A DNA stretch of 62,941 nt, counting the filler, from Diploschistes diacapsis (lineage: Eukaryota), in assembly GCA_023645945.1 (NCBI GenBank). It is 27 parts of 27 records of this genome, joined end to end, with 100 filler letters (N's around TTAATTAATTAA, not from the genome) between each part and the next. Parts side by side here need not be neighbours in the genome. Positions count along the whole stretch, not along the records: positions 50,386 to 51,869 come from JALAIB010003011.1; positions 51,970 to 53,453 come from JALAIB010003012.1; positions 53,554 to 55,037 come from JALAIB010003013.1; positions 55,138 to 56,620 come from JALAIB010003014.1; positions 56,721 to 58,203 come from JALAIB010003015.1; positions 58,304 to 59,783 come from JALAIB010003016.1; positions 59,884 to 61,362 come from JALAIB010003017.1; positions 61,463 to 62,941 come from JALAIB010003018.1; 19 more parts are not named here. One strand, given 5' to 3'. Below the pieces are notes generated by a model. The model made no database searches, was not told the DNA's origin, and worked only from the letters and a program-made list of their open reading frames with translations. Numbering within the stretch: the stretch's first letter is position 1; each line of letters opens with the position of its first letter. This document shows positions 51,183 through 62,941 of the stretch, piece after piece. The position numbers and the translations under genes were made by a program.

Positions 51183-51378
51183 TACCAGGCGATTGTATAC
51201 CATCGCCCAGAACCCCAAGTTGAAGGCTTCCGCTCGCCAGGCAAAAGGACGCCGATTTACTTTGTGCATTGCTATCATTTTTACCCCGGTTTGAGTGATT
51301 TCTTAACAACATGTCTCCATCTGCTATGAAGAAGTTATTCCAAGCATCGTCAGTCAACCGATATATTTTCCCCCCTCC

Positions 51379-51829
51379 CTAAAAGGGCCCGCTACCATGG
51401 GGGCACGCAGACCCCACCGCCGCGCTCCCGCTCCTAATATAGCACACCTTCTGCCTCGCACACTGTAACCATCGTTAGCCTGCATTCCCATCCAACTTTC
51501 CCCGAGACCCAACTTCGCCACACAACAGGAGAGAAACACTTACCGCAGCACTGCTGCAGTCCTTCGTAACAACGCTGCTCTTCGTTTCCAGCAGATTGTA
51601 CCTCTCCACGACGCTCTGGTTAACCAGCATCTCCTTCGTCACGCCGTCCCAGAAGCTGGCGTTCAGCGGCGCGCTCGTCGGCCAGGAAGTCAGGTTGCCG
51701 ACGCTGTATTCCTGCCGGGAGTCGTATTCGAATTCCCAGACGGGCTCGGACCAGGTGAGGGACTCGCTGACGTTGGCGAAGTAGGTTTGGATGCCCGTTA
51801 TGGAGAAGGTTTTGGCGTCGACTTGGTAG
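51379..51829 (-). CDS. Acid sphingomyelinase-like phosphodiesterase, last two exons (51829-51544, 51462-51379)
   Basis: YQVDAKTFSITGIQTYFANVSES...WEFEYDSRQEY...WPTSAPLNASFWDGVT...DCSSAACARQKVCYIRSGS. The GTAAGT/CTAAC/CAG intron is in phase. Absent from the supplied ORF track. Confidence 0.8.
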
Positions 51830-53020
51830 CTAGGGGCGGTGGATGAGATGGATTCTTGGAGGGGTGGGGNNNNNNNNNNNNNNNNNNNNNNNNNNNNNNN
51901 NNNNNNNNNNNNNTTAATTAATTAANNNNNNNNNNNNNNNNNNNNNNNNNNNNNNNNNNNNNNNNNNNNATTATACGCGATTTATTTAATCGAGTAATAT
52001 AATCCGTCTTTTACGTCAACGCGCTTTTTAACGGCAAAAACACTGCGACATCGAATAATTAAAAAATTAAAATTATACGATAATAATATCATTAAATCGA
52101 TTCGATTAAATATATAAAAACGAATAATGTTAACGATAATAGAACGATTATAACCGTTTATAATTAATAAACGACGCGTTTCGAATCGATTCGATTTGAT
52201 TAAAAACTAAAAAATACGGAAAAGCCATTAATAACCGTATTTATCTATTATTTACTCTGTTTGGCAACGTAATGGATATATTGAAGTCTAGAGGTCTTAT
52301 CTAGGAGGTTATCCTACTTTGCAGACTTTTATCCTCGTGTGATACGCTAAGCCTTACTATTTATATTATTCCTTATTCGGTCTAGTTGGAATTCTAGAAG
52401 GTTTAGCTGAACTGAACTTCGGAGTTTAGTAGAACTGAACTTCCTTCTGGAATTTAGTTGTACTTCCAGCTATGTTTTTTGTCTCTTTGCTCAACATTCC
52501 CCTATAGGCGGAATTATCCGGCATGTTTATGTAATTTAACTAGATATCTTTTGAACTAGACCGAGTTTTTTAAGGAAAACGTCGTGTTTCGAATAGTTTA
52601 ATGGCTTCGTAAGTTTATTAGCAATCATTTTGTCGGTAAGGACATAAGATATCTTAATACGTTTTTGTTTGACAAGATTTCGTACGTGATGATAAGCAAT
52701 ATCGACGTGTTTCGAACGGTCGTTAATTCTTACGTGTTTTATTAGGTCTAAAGAACCAATATTATCGCCGAATAAATTAATAATATATAAAGATGGTCCT
52801 ATAAGATCAAAATAACTAATATCTTTTAAAAATTATAAATATTATAAGACTTATTTAGTAACGTAAAATAAATTAATATATTTAGTTTTTATAATTAACG
52901 TTAAAACTAAATTCTGTTTTTTATTTAATTAAAATATTAATCTACAGTATAATTAAAAGATATATCTATACGTAAACTTTCGATCTAATTAATTTTTTTA
53001 ATAATCTATATCGGAATATT

Positions 53021-53453
53021 TGTTATGATCTCTATCTCTACAAGGTAGACACGAGGTATTGATTACGACACTTGAACACCCTCAAGAATGAGTGTCTCAG
53101 GCAGCACAACCGGGCGATCGCCACCGATGGCTAGATCCGCACCATTTCAACCACCTAGGGCAGCAACGTCACCAGATGAAACCGATGTCCCGATAACGGA
53201 TATTGCGGAAGCTAGAGGCGACGATCTCGGAAATAACGATAAACCCGACGAAAATAAATCATATAAAGAACCTATTATGAAAGTTATAAAGTTAATAACG
53301 TTCTATAAAAACCGAAAGAAATTAAAATATTAAATATTTTAATTTTTAATATACTTTTATTAAAATCCGCATATCATAAATGATTAAAAAAAACGAATCG
53401 TCTTCGTCGTAGGATTTATACGTGACCGCGTATTAATATAGATAAGACTTTAT
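53021..53453 (+). mobile_element. 5' end of a Ty3/Gypsy element with gag start at 53088, progressively RIP-degraded
   Basis: MSVSGSTTG...KEPIMKVIKLITFYKNRKKL resembles fungal gag KxxKPDxFxGDRKKL after C-to-T/G-to-A changes. The left terminus is TGTTATGATC. Confidence 0.65.
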
Positions 53454-54469
53454 NNNNNNNNNNNNNNNNNNNNNNNNNNNNNNNNNNNNNNNNNNNNTTA
53501 ATTAATTAANNNNNNNNNNNNNNNNNNNNNNNNNNNNNNNNNNNNNNNNNNNNGTTTTATAATACTCACAGTTTTTAAAAGATATTAACTATCTTAACCT
53601 TATAGAACCATCTTTATATACTATCAATTTACTCTGTAATAATATTTGTTCCTTAAACTTAATAAAACACGTTAAAATCAACGACCGTTTAAAACACGTC
53701 GATATTACTTATTATTACGTACGAGATCTTATTAAATAAAAACGTATTAGAATATTTTTTATCTTTATCGATAAAATAATTATTAATAAATTTACGAAAT
53801 TATTAAATTACTCGAAGCACGACGCCTTTATTAAGGAACTCGGCTTGGTTTAAAAGATATTTAGTTAAATTATATAGATATACCGGACGATTCCGTCTAT
53901 TGAGGAATATTGAACAGATAAGCATCAGGTGTAACTAGAAGTTCGACTGAATTTTAGAAGAAGGTTTAGTTCAGCTGAACTCCGAGGTTCAGTTCAGTTG
54001 AACCTCCTGGAATTCTAACTAGATCGATTAAGGAATAATGTAGGTAGTAGGGCTTAACGTATCCCACGAGGATAAAAGTCTGTAAAGTAGGATAACCTCC
54101 TAGAAAAAAGACCTCTAGACTTCAATATATCCATTACGTTGCGAAACAATATTCACTTCTAAACCGCCATTAAGCAATATGCGAATCCGATAGTCCTCGA
54201 TCATGATTATTATTTCTAAACAAATAATTGAATATATAATATTTTATAGCTGAGGGTTTATTATATTAAATAACTGTTTTAAATTAATATTATATATGTT
54301 AGGTTATTTATCGCATAAATTATGCGTAAAATGAATAAACTTTTCCGGTCCCGATTCTTTTAAACGAACATTCTTTTCGACGGCATGATTTTTTAACTTT
54401 GCTTAAAACAAACGCATGATTCTTATTTAAAAAACCTCTTTTAAAGTAATCTTGATTTCCGTCTTCTTA

Positions 54470-55037
54470 TGTAACGCCCAAAGGTGCGCCCTGGGGTTCA
54501 GGTCCCCCTACTGCCACAGCCACGCACCTACATATAGTGTAATAGGGAAACAGTGCTTCGGGGTTCCTGAAAGCATTGTGTTAATCTTTTAACTTAGTAG
54601 GATAGCGTTATCTTATTAAACATTACCCCCGTTATTATAATTATGCTTTCATTTTTTAAGTCGTTGGTTCGAGCATAAGGCTTATTATTTATATAATCGA
54701 ATTTATTACGTTACGGTTGAGCGTGTTATTTTACGGGGTTGACGTTATATAGAATATGCGGTTAATTTCAAGTGCGGTTGAATAACCTCGTCTTTAAATC
54801 TATAACGTAAATATTAGAAACGGTTTAGGGTATTTAATATACTCGGGGCGCTATATGAGACGTGGTAAGTACTGAGGGCCAGTACTGTAAGGAAAAAAGA
54901 TAGCTGTAACGTCCAAAAGTGCGCCCTGGGGTTCAGGTCCCCCTACTGCCACAGCCACGCACCTACATATAGTGTAATAGGGAAACAGTGCTTCGGGGTT
55001 CCTGAAAGCATTGTGTTAATCTTTTAACTTAGTAGGA
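54470..55037 (+). mobile_element. TRIM-like miniature LTR element, copy 2: LTR 54470-54639, 265-bp internal region, LTR from 54905 (truncated)
   Basis: Two direct family A LTRs; interior starts ATTATGCTTTCA and ends with PPT AAGGAAAAAAGATAGC; no ORF. Confidence 0.82.
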
Positions 55038-55137
55038 NNNNNNNNNNNNNNNNNNNNNNNNNNNNNNNNNNNNNNNNNNNNTTAATTAATTAANNNNNNN
55101 NNNNNNNNNNNNNNNNNNNNNNNNNNNNNNNNNNNNN

Positions 55138-55363
55138 GGTTATGTCGGGGACGGCAATTGCTCCAGTGGCGGCGGGGGCGGCTCAGACGGGCACGGGGAC
55201 AGGAACGCTGCTGCCGACTCTGACGCAGGTCGCGCCGAAGGAGACGGGGAGTGCGGGGACGAATGCGAGCGCCGGTCCGACGAGCGGTGCTGCGTCTTTG
55301 GCGGCGGTGAAAACATGGGCAGCTTGGCTTGGAGGGGTTGTGGCCGTTGTTGCCGTGCTATAG
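55138..55363 (+). CDS. C-terminus of a probable GPI-anchored cell-surface protein
   Basis: Thr/Gly/Ala-rich spacer, SGAA small-residue site and hydrophobic tail WAAWLGGVVAVVAVL*; GC-rich third codon positions. Confidence 0.6.
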
Positions 55364-56055
55364 AACGAGAGCATTGGGACTGGGTTTTTCTGTGGTGATG
55401 TTTCTTAGCGTCTTGCGGCAATTTCTCGGGGGCGACGTAGAGTAGATAATTGGGCATGTTAAGGGAATATGGACACGGGTTTGGGAGTCGGGACAGGGAG
55501 ATTAATACTGTAGCATACAACTAGGGACTAATTATCGATGATTGGGATCGCACATGCAAGCTTTGATGCCAATAGTGCTCATGACACTTCCAGTTGTAGG
55601 AACTAGGTAATAGCATTACTGCCGAACGAGAGAGACAGCAGATAGAGCAGACAACTTCGCTTAACATATTAGTTAATGGCGCACTGTTTTTACCACGGGG
55701 GCTTCCAGGCAGTTGCTGGAGATAGGTACCAGCCCCCTTGAACGAATTAATAAAAGAAATCCTATACGCTCAAACAAAGTAACACAATATCGGCTCCAAC
55801 TTAAAAGCAAAGGGGGAGGGGGGGGGGGTCCCAGGTACTGAACAACGTACCCGCCAAAAAACGGGGAGACATGTAAAAAGCAAAGCCCAGGCTACATCCT
55901 TTGTACCTAACTAGTAAAAGAAACAAAATCCCATCCTCATAGCCCGTGCTCGACGCCATACACACACACACACTCTCTCTCTCTCTATCTCCTTCTCATA
56001 TTCGTTGGCATGACCAGCAATACCACGCACTGGTGCTGCTGCTCTGGGAGACACG

Positions 56056-56620
56056 ATGGAGTACTATGAGCGGCAAAGTCAGGACGATGCTCGGTCCGCG
56101 GGGCCCGCGGAGCGAGCCCCGAAGCTGGTAGCGTCGACGGGGGAAGACTACAATTATAATCACAAGCACAAGCACAGTCACGACCGTGCTGCGCGGGGCC
56201 ACGGCGACGGTGGTTCGGAAGTTTCGTCGTCGCCGTCGTCGTTGTCGTCGTCGGAAGAGGAGGAGGCGGGTGCGCCGTACGCTGCTCGGCGGAAGCGGAG
56301 GGGTGGCGGATATGCTGCGGCCACGTCGAAGGCGCTGGGGATATTCAGGAGCGCTGCCTGGTATGATGTTTTATGTTTTTTCTCCATCCCAGTTCCATTT
56401 TTCCTTGGCCGTAGCGAAGGAGAGAGGAGAAGGAGCTAAAGCGGGACCCTTTTTTTTGGTTTTTTTGCTAGGTCCGCCGACGGAACGTCGATTGTCACGT
56501 CCAGCGCCGACCATGTCATACGGACCTTTATCCTGTACGCCTTCCCCTCCGTACAACCCATTCAGACTACCGCAATACGTGAGCTAAGTACGAGAACCAA
56601 GCACAGACCGCCCAACCTCC
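56056..56620 (+). CDS. SWT21: WD40 protein SWT21/TCAB1(WRAP53)-like, 5' partial; exons 56056-56360, 56472-56534, 56607-56620
   Basis: Spliced reading FRSAAWSADGTSIVTSSADHVIRTFILPPNL matches the first WD repeat of the family. Two in-phase GT-AG introns. Confidence 0.72.
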
Positions 56621-56920
56621 NNNNNNNNNNNNNNNNNNNNNNNNNNNNNNNNNNNNNNNNNNNNTTAATTAATTAANNNNNNNNNNNNNNNNNNNNNNNN
56701 NNNNNNNNNNNNNNNNNNNNATATTTTCTTGTAAAATTTAAAAACGTATTTAATTAAAAATGACGCTAAAAGAAGTTTAAAACAACAGAAATATTTATTA
56801 TAAAAAAATAACGGGTATCCTTTTAATAAAATTATAAAAAAAGATAAAGATCGAGATAGAAATTGATTAAAAAAGAGTATGGCGTTTATAAGAAACATAA
56901 ACATTTAGAGAGAAGGGTAG

Positions 56921-57322
56921 TGAAATAGCCTAATCTAGGGGCTTATAAAGCTGGGCTTGCTAAGCCACGGTAGGGTTAATGCCCAGGGGCTTGCTAAGCC
57001 ACGGCAGGGTTAGTGCCCAGGTGCTTGCCAAGACACGGCAGGGTTAATGCCCAGGTGCTTGCCAAGACACAGCAGGGTCAATGCCCAGGTGCTTGCCAAG
57101 ACACGGCAGGGTTAGGAAGTGGCTGTATAGATGGGTAGTCCCCGAACCCCGGTAGGTCTAATATCCATACTACTTAACGATACCCTTCTCTCACTTAGAT
57201 AGTTTTTTTTTTAGCTTTTCGAATCGAGATCTTTTACCTGCAGATGCCCAAGCTACACCTAATCCTTCCGGATCAGGCCCAGCCCCCGGTAGAGTAGCAT
57301 CCTTTCCTGCGCTGGCATTTCA
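56921..57322 (+). mobile_element. Family D 3' LTR (TGAAAT...ATTTCA) preceded by PPT AGAGAGAAGGGTAG, next to a minus-strand Gypsy pol-like relic (57323-58203)
   Basis: 6-bp inverted termini; the 3' half is homologous to 5451-5747. Confidence 0.8.
56953..57115 (+). repeat. 34-bp tandem repeat, ~4.8 copies, inside LTR U3
   Basis: Unit GTGCTTGCCAAGACACGGCAGGGTTAATGCCCAG, head to tail with no spacers. Confidence 0.92.
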
Positions 57323-58449
57323 TTTAGATGATATTATAACTCCGATAACCAGATTAGAAATATATTTCCTTCAAAATATGTATTCTTTCGTCGAGATTAT
57401 CGATTATTTTTCGTGCTATCTATAAATATCGTACTCGTCTAAAAAGTTTTTTATATTAAATTAGATATTAAGTGGCCTAGCGTCTTAAATTCCTAAAGTC
57501 GGTACTAGACATCCCAGATAATTTTTATAAAAAAGTTAAATATTCTACTATCCTCTGATGCTTATTAGTATATATGAATCAGGATATAAAGTTATAGACA
57601 AGATTCTTTCTATACTAGGATTATTGGTTCTTAAAGTCTCCTACTCAGATCCGTCCGGATCATTCCGGGATGAAGGTCCGGTATAATCCGCATAATCCTA
57701 AACGTAAATCCGATAACGAATCCCGAAGGATTATTTTATAAAATCGTCTATATCCTTTTGATCCATTAAATCTAATTCTATAGACGGTCGTCATGAAAAC
57801 GCATCTATCATAACATAATGTCTTCCTAAAACTTTTCGTATTTTAAAGTCGAAAAGCTGAATCCATGCAAGCTAATTACTAACGAGGGCCTTTAGTAGAT
57901 CGATATTGGACCTATTTAGTTGATATATCAAGGTTTTGGCGTCTAACTTAAGAATGAAATATATTTTATATAAATAAAACCTTATCTTTTTTAAAATTTT
58001 TAACAGTTTTCGGTACTTACGCTTTCCGATATCGTACTTTATTTCTAAAAAAGATTATATTTCGTTTTTATATCTAAACATATGACGACGCTTCTTATCA
58101 ATATTTAATTATTTAAAAAAACCTCCCTAGCCAGTCTTATTTATATTAATTCTTAAAATAATCGGTTAAGTTTTGATCACCGTATAGTCCAATGGCTTTA
58201 AGANNNNNNNNNNNNNNNNNNNNNNNNNNNNNNNNNNNNNNNNNNNNTTAATTAATTAANNNNNNNNNNNNNNNNNNNNNNNNNNNNNNNNNNNNNNNNN
58301 NNNATTTAATATTTTGTTTAAAATATTAAAAAAATGCTTTTTTAATTTTTGATTACGTAATAAAAATGATTGGCCTCGCCGGTTTCGCCGGTTTCGCCAG
58401 TTTCGCCAGAAATTTTTTTTTGCTTGAAAAACTTTTCGTGATGAACCAC

Positions 58450-59783
58450 TCCTTATATATAGTCCAATCATAGTGACGCTGGTCACGTGATGAATAGAAA
58501 GCTTTGAAAGCTATTCTACCCTTTATAGCTAGAACGGGAGAACAATAGTTCTATTTATCTATTAATATACTCCGCTAGGGAGTAATTGACTATATCAGAA
58601 TACCGTTATAGTTCCTATAAATCGGGACGTGTTCACTTTTATAAACATCTTTAACGATTACTCGAAATTAATTTATAATCGTTTACTTTTATTATTAAAT
58701 AATAATCTTTTTAATAATTAGAATAAACTTATTACCGATCTATTTCTTCTCCTTTCATACTCCTCTTCTATTAGAAACCAAACCTACCTTGATCAATACC
58801 TCATGTCTACGTTGTAGAGATAGAGATCATAACAAAAAACAATACGCGGACGAGTATCGACGTCCCGTTAAAAAGATTAATCCCGGTAATTTGTTACAAT
58901 CCAGGTAGCTGACCTGTCACGTCCCAGCCACTCACTTAGGAACTCACTGACGTGTGTGTCACGTGAGCTGTTGGAGTAAGAGGCGCCGCTCCATGGGTTC
59001 TAGGGGAATAATGGGCAACGCTTTTTCTGTTTTACGGGAACCATCGTCGCCGTTCCCTTTATTCTAAAGAAATAATGGGAGCCGGCACTAATACTTTCTC
59101 GAAGACTTCGGTAACGTGTTTGACGGTGAGTCCGGCCACCCCCAGAATCCGGCCACCTCAAATCACTATTTTCATCTTACATTCGATTTTTCTCAACAAT
59201 GACTACCTCGTATCGCAATAATTCGATTTTAATAGAATTTAATATCAACGACTGTTTATAGGCCCTAAAATTACAATAATATACCAACATTTAAGAAGCT
59301 ACTCGCGCATTTAAAATATCTCAATCGACCATTATAAATCGACCATTATGGATCGACTTAATAGAGCTTAATCATGCTCTAATAACCACGAAACGACTTA
59401 AATCCTCTCAAATTCAAAAGAAAAGATATTAATACGATATATTATACGTTTTATATAAATTAACTTTCCTGCATCGTTTACGTTAATAATAAATATAATC
59501 GAAAAGATTTGACGCGAATATATTCAATTCGATTCGAATTTAAAAATCACGATCACGAATCTTTAATCTATCGATAAATATTACATATCGCGATTTCGTA
59601 AAAGATTTCTTAAAATTATTAATATTTAAATAAAATAAATCGAGTTTAATATATTTAATACAATAAATTACGAGATTATATAACGATAATTCGATATAAT
59701 AATAATTTAATATAATAAAAAAATAATACGCGTCCGAATATATCTATAATATAAACGAATTAAATTTTAATATTAATAATAAT
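58450..59783 (+). mobile_element. Family C LTR (ends 58834), a second LTR 5' part (58892-59113) and a pogo 5' end with RIP-degraded transposase start (59114-59783)
   Basis: 58892-59113 is the reverse complement of ~39980-40201. TA|ACGTGTTTGACGG TIR at 59114. The left boundary is approximate. Confidence 0.75.
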
Positions 59784-62316
59784 NNNNNNNNNNNNNNNNN
59801 NNNNNNNNNNNNNNNNNNNNNNNNNNNTTAATTAATTAANNNNNNNNNNNNNNNNNNNNNNNNNNNNNNNNNNNNNNNNNNNNCATTATATTTCCGTGAA
59901 TCCACGGACACGGACATTATAATTAAAAAATTTAAAATATTAATATTAATACGGACACTACACTTCCGTGAATCCCCAGACACGGACACCGCAGCTAAAA
60001 AATCTAAAACCCGGACACTGACACTATCAGTGTCAGTGACGGCCAGCCTAATCCTAACTTGCTTATCGTTTATGCATTATTTCGACTATTAATGCTACTT
60101 TAACAACAATTCTTTTTGTTTTTTCGACAAAGGCATTTTTTCTCGCTTTTATTACCTAACTTTCTTTAAGCTTCATATCTTATCTTATTTTTAATAATAT
60201 GTTTTTTATTACTTCTAATACATCTCTTAATATAGATTCGAAATCATCTTTTTATTTTAGCGACTCGCCTGCTAATGTTTTACTTTTAGATACGAGTTTC
60301 GTTCTTGCTGCTCGGTATGATCTAAATCTTCTTTATTAAATAAGATAATTCTAGATCGTTCACTTCTTTTTTTTCCTTTACTTTCTTCTATTTTAATTTA
60401 GTTGCGTGGATTTATGTTACGTGTACGTTGCGAAGGACGTGTTATCTTGTCGGATCGTCGTTTTTAAAAAGGTAGAGTAATTAAAACTGTAAAGGATGAA
60501 ATACGATAATGTGATAAGATGGCTGTACGTAGGGTAGATTCATGTTAGGACTAATTACTAAAGAAGAGGAGAGAGTAAGAAAGATAAAATCCCCTTTCAA
60601 GTACCCGCAAGCCAAGATCCTGAGTGCCGCTTGTCCGACTCTTGGCATGCTCCATGCTTGGCCTTACACGCATTTAAAATATCTCGATCGATCATTATAC
60701 ATCGACTCGATGAAACTTAATCTCGCTCTAATAACCACGAAACGATTTAAATTCTTTTAAATTTAAAAAAAGAAATATTAATACGATAGATTACACGTCT
60801 TATATAAACTGATTTTTTTATATCGCCTGCGTTGGTAATAAAAATGGCCGAAAAGATTCGACACGAAAGAATTCAATTTAATTCGAATTTAGAAGTTATA
60901 ATCGCGAATCTTTAATCTATTAATAAAAATTCCGGCCACCCCCAGATTCTGGCAACTTCAGATCACTACCGCGAACATTCTACGGTTTTTAGATATAATT
61001 CATTCGTCGCAATTAGAATCTAATCGATTTAAATCGAATTTATCTTCCTTTTCTTTATTTTTTTCGATTTTAAAAACGGGATAACATTTTTTACGGGTTA
61101 TAAATCGTTTCGAAATTATCCGACTCGATTTAACCCGAATTATTATCTTAAGAACTTCGTTTATATTAAACATAAAACGATCTTCTAATTCGATTCGTTT
61201 ATTTAATTTACGTTTTTTACGATTATTAAAAAACGTTTTTTACTTTCGATTTTCTTTATGAAACGTTATAAACTTAATATACGTCGATTTAAACATACGG
61301 GTTATTCGACTCGAATAACGTCGAATCGGGCTAATTAGTTTTAGAACGGCTCGCAACGTTTANNNNNNNNNNNNNNNNNNNNNNNNNNNNNNNNNNNNNN
61401 NNNNNNTTAATTAATTAANNNNNNNNNNNNNNNNNNNNNNNNNNNNNNNNNNNNNNNNNNNNAATACGAATATTACACTATAATAAAAGCACGGACACGG
61501 ACACTGTAATTAAAAAATTTTAAATATTAATACTAACACGGACACTCCACTTCCGTGAATCCACGGACACGGACACCGCAGCTAAAAAATCTAAAACATT
61601 AACACTGACACGGCCGTGTCAGTGTTAGTGACGGCCAGCCTAATTCGTATAAATCGAAAAGAATATTCGTTCGTTATGAGTATCCGTTCGCTATGCATAT
61701 ACGTTATATATATATTCGTAGTTTTCTCATCGTAACCTTGTTAGTTTTTTTTTAAATTCCAACGAGGGGTGGACTAGGGACGTTAGTCTATAAGTCTATT
61801 AGACTACGTGCGGAGGGCGGCGCACGCGCGAATGTTATCCCCCCTATTCTCCTTGGCTCTGCTTCCGCCGCCCTGCTGGCTTTGGGCATGGATGCCTTGT
61901 GGTCAAGGGTCCGGATCGAGTCCTCCTCGAGGGCTCGTTCGTTGTATTGTGGGCTGTGAATTTTTCGACTTTTGTTGGAGGGGGGGAAGGACGGATGGAT
62001 GGATGGATGGCCTTCTTCTATGATCTTCAGCAAAGCTCTTTTGAGCTGTTCATCGCTCGAACCGTTTCGCTGGAGTTGGTTTTTTGTTTACTTTGTTCAC
62101 TAACTACCAGCGAGAATGCTTCCCGGCGGCGTCTTGGATGGACCCGGAAACGCGTATCTGGATAGCTTCGCCAATGGATAACACGCCATTGCAGTCTGTC
62201 GTCTTTCCCCATCGTCTTCTCCCACCCTGTTGTTCCTTACGCATCTCTCGACCGTCTTCTTGCCATGGACCTCTGCCGCTCTCTCTTCCTTGTCGTGACG
62301 CTCGAAATCTATCCTC

Positions 62317-62941
62317 TCACTTCGGCTCGCAAACGCCAATATACGGCGCAAAGTTTCCTGGGCAGTACTACGTCAGCATGCACATTCCTCAGAAAGGAAA
62401 GAAAGCTACGTTTTGGCTCCACAAGTTCCGTCATGCGGGAGACAGTGAAAAGATAATAAGGAGAAAAAACGGACGAAAGACACGACTCACCGCCCGTGAA
62501 GATCCTCCCCGACTCGACATCGTGCACCGCCACCGTCGCGCCTCCTAGGACCTTCGCCTCCCTGTCCTCTACCACCTTCTCAATAACCCATCCTCCTTCC
62601 GTGGGCCTCCCCTCCCCTTCCATCCCCTTTCTCAACCTCCACACCGTGGTCGGACTGTCCCTCCTCAAAACATCCCCCGTGCTTCTGATGAACGCCAGTG
62701 CATCCGGGAACCCTGCACCCCACAGCACGCCATCTCTATCCACAGACAAATTGTCAATGGGCATCTCGTGGCTCATGATCTCCGTGACGGGCTCGAGGGT
62801 CTTGTCTGGTAGCAGGCGGAAGATCCAGATCTTGCCGATGAAGGAGGACGGAACGTAGATTAGGTCGTCGTGCTTGTTGCGGGTGAGGCCGTTGGGGTAG
62901 GTGAAGCGCACGGTTGGGGGGTTGGCCACGTGGCAAGGGGG
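62317..62941 (-). CDS. Paraoxonase/arylesterase-like six-bladed beta-propeller, 3' partial; exons 62941-62491 and 62357-62317
   Basis: FTYPNGL, MPIDNLSVDRDG, KVVEDREAKVLGGATVAVHD, and spliced end GGNFAPYIGVCEPK*. Confidence 0.85.

Noticed and set aside
56953..57115. 34-bp repeats as a CRISPR array
   Set aside because: Head-to-tail with no unique spacers, inside an LTR.

Overview
This window is not contiguous DNA. It is 27 contigs from a filamentous ascomycete (Pezizomycotina) draft assembly, joined by artificial 100-bp linkers (N44-TTAATTAATTAA-N44). Twenty-six contigs are about 1.48-1.50 kb and one is 21.7 kb (11147-32823). The long contig carries four intron-containing genes: a Zn(II)2Cys6 transcription factor, URA3/pyrG, SCS7 and an RBM39/Pad-1 splicing factor. 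It also holds a tRNA-like element with an encoded CCA end. Six short contigs hold seven gene fragments: IRS4-like, Csm1/Pcs1, TRM9, acid sphingomyelinase-like, a GPI-anchored protein tail, SWT21/TCAB1 and paraoxonase-like. Most other short contigs are AT-rich, RIP-degraded nests of Ty3/Gypsy, Ty1/Copia, Fot1/pogo, Tc1-like, hAT-MITE and Helitron pieces. LTR family letters (A-D, F, G) are my own labels. The most interesting signals are (i) a ~600-bp non-coding TRIM-like LTR element, in two copies, whose primer site is complementary to its own LTR (Tf1-type self-priming), (ii) a Gypsy gag whose left end is an inverted copy of the LTR U5 end, (iii) the tRNA-like element, and (iv) a complete hAT MITE with an 8-bp TSD. 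All calls come from manual reading and recalled family motifs; no searches were run.
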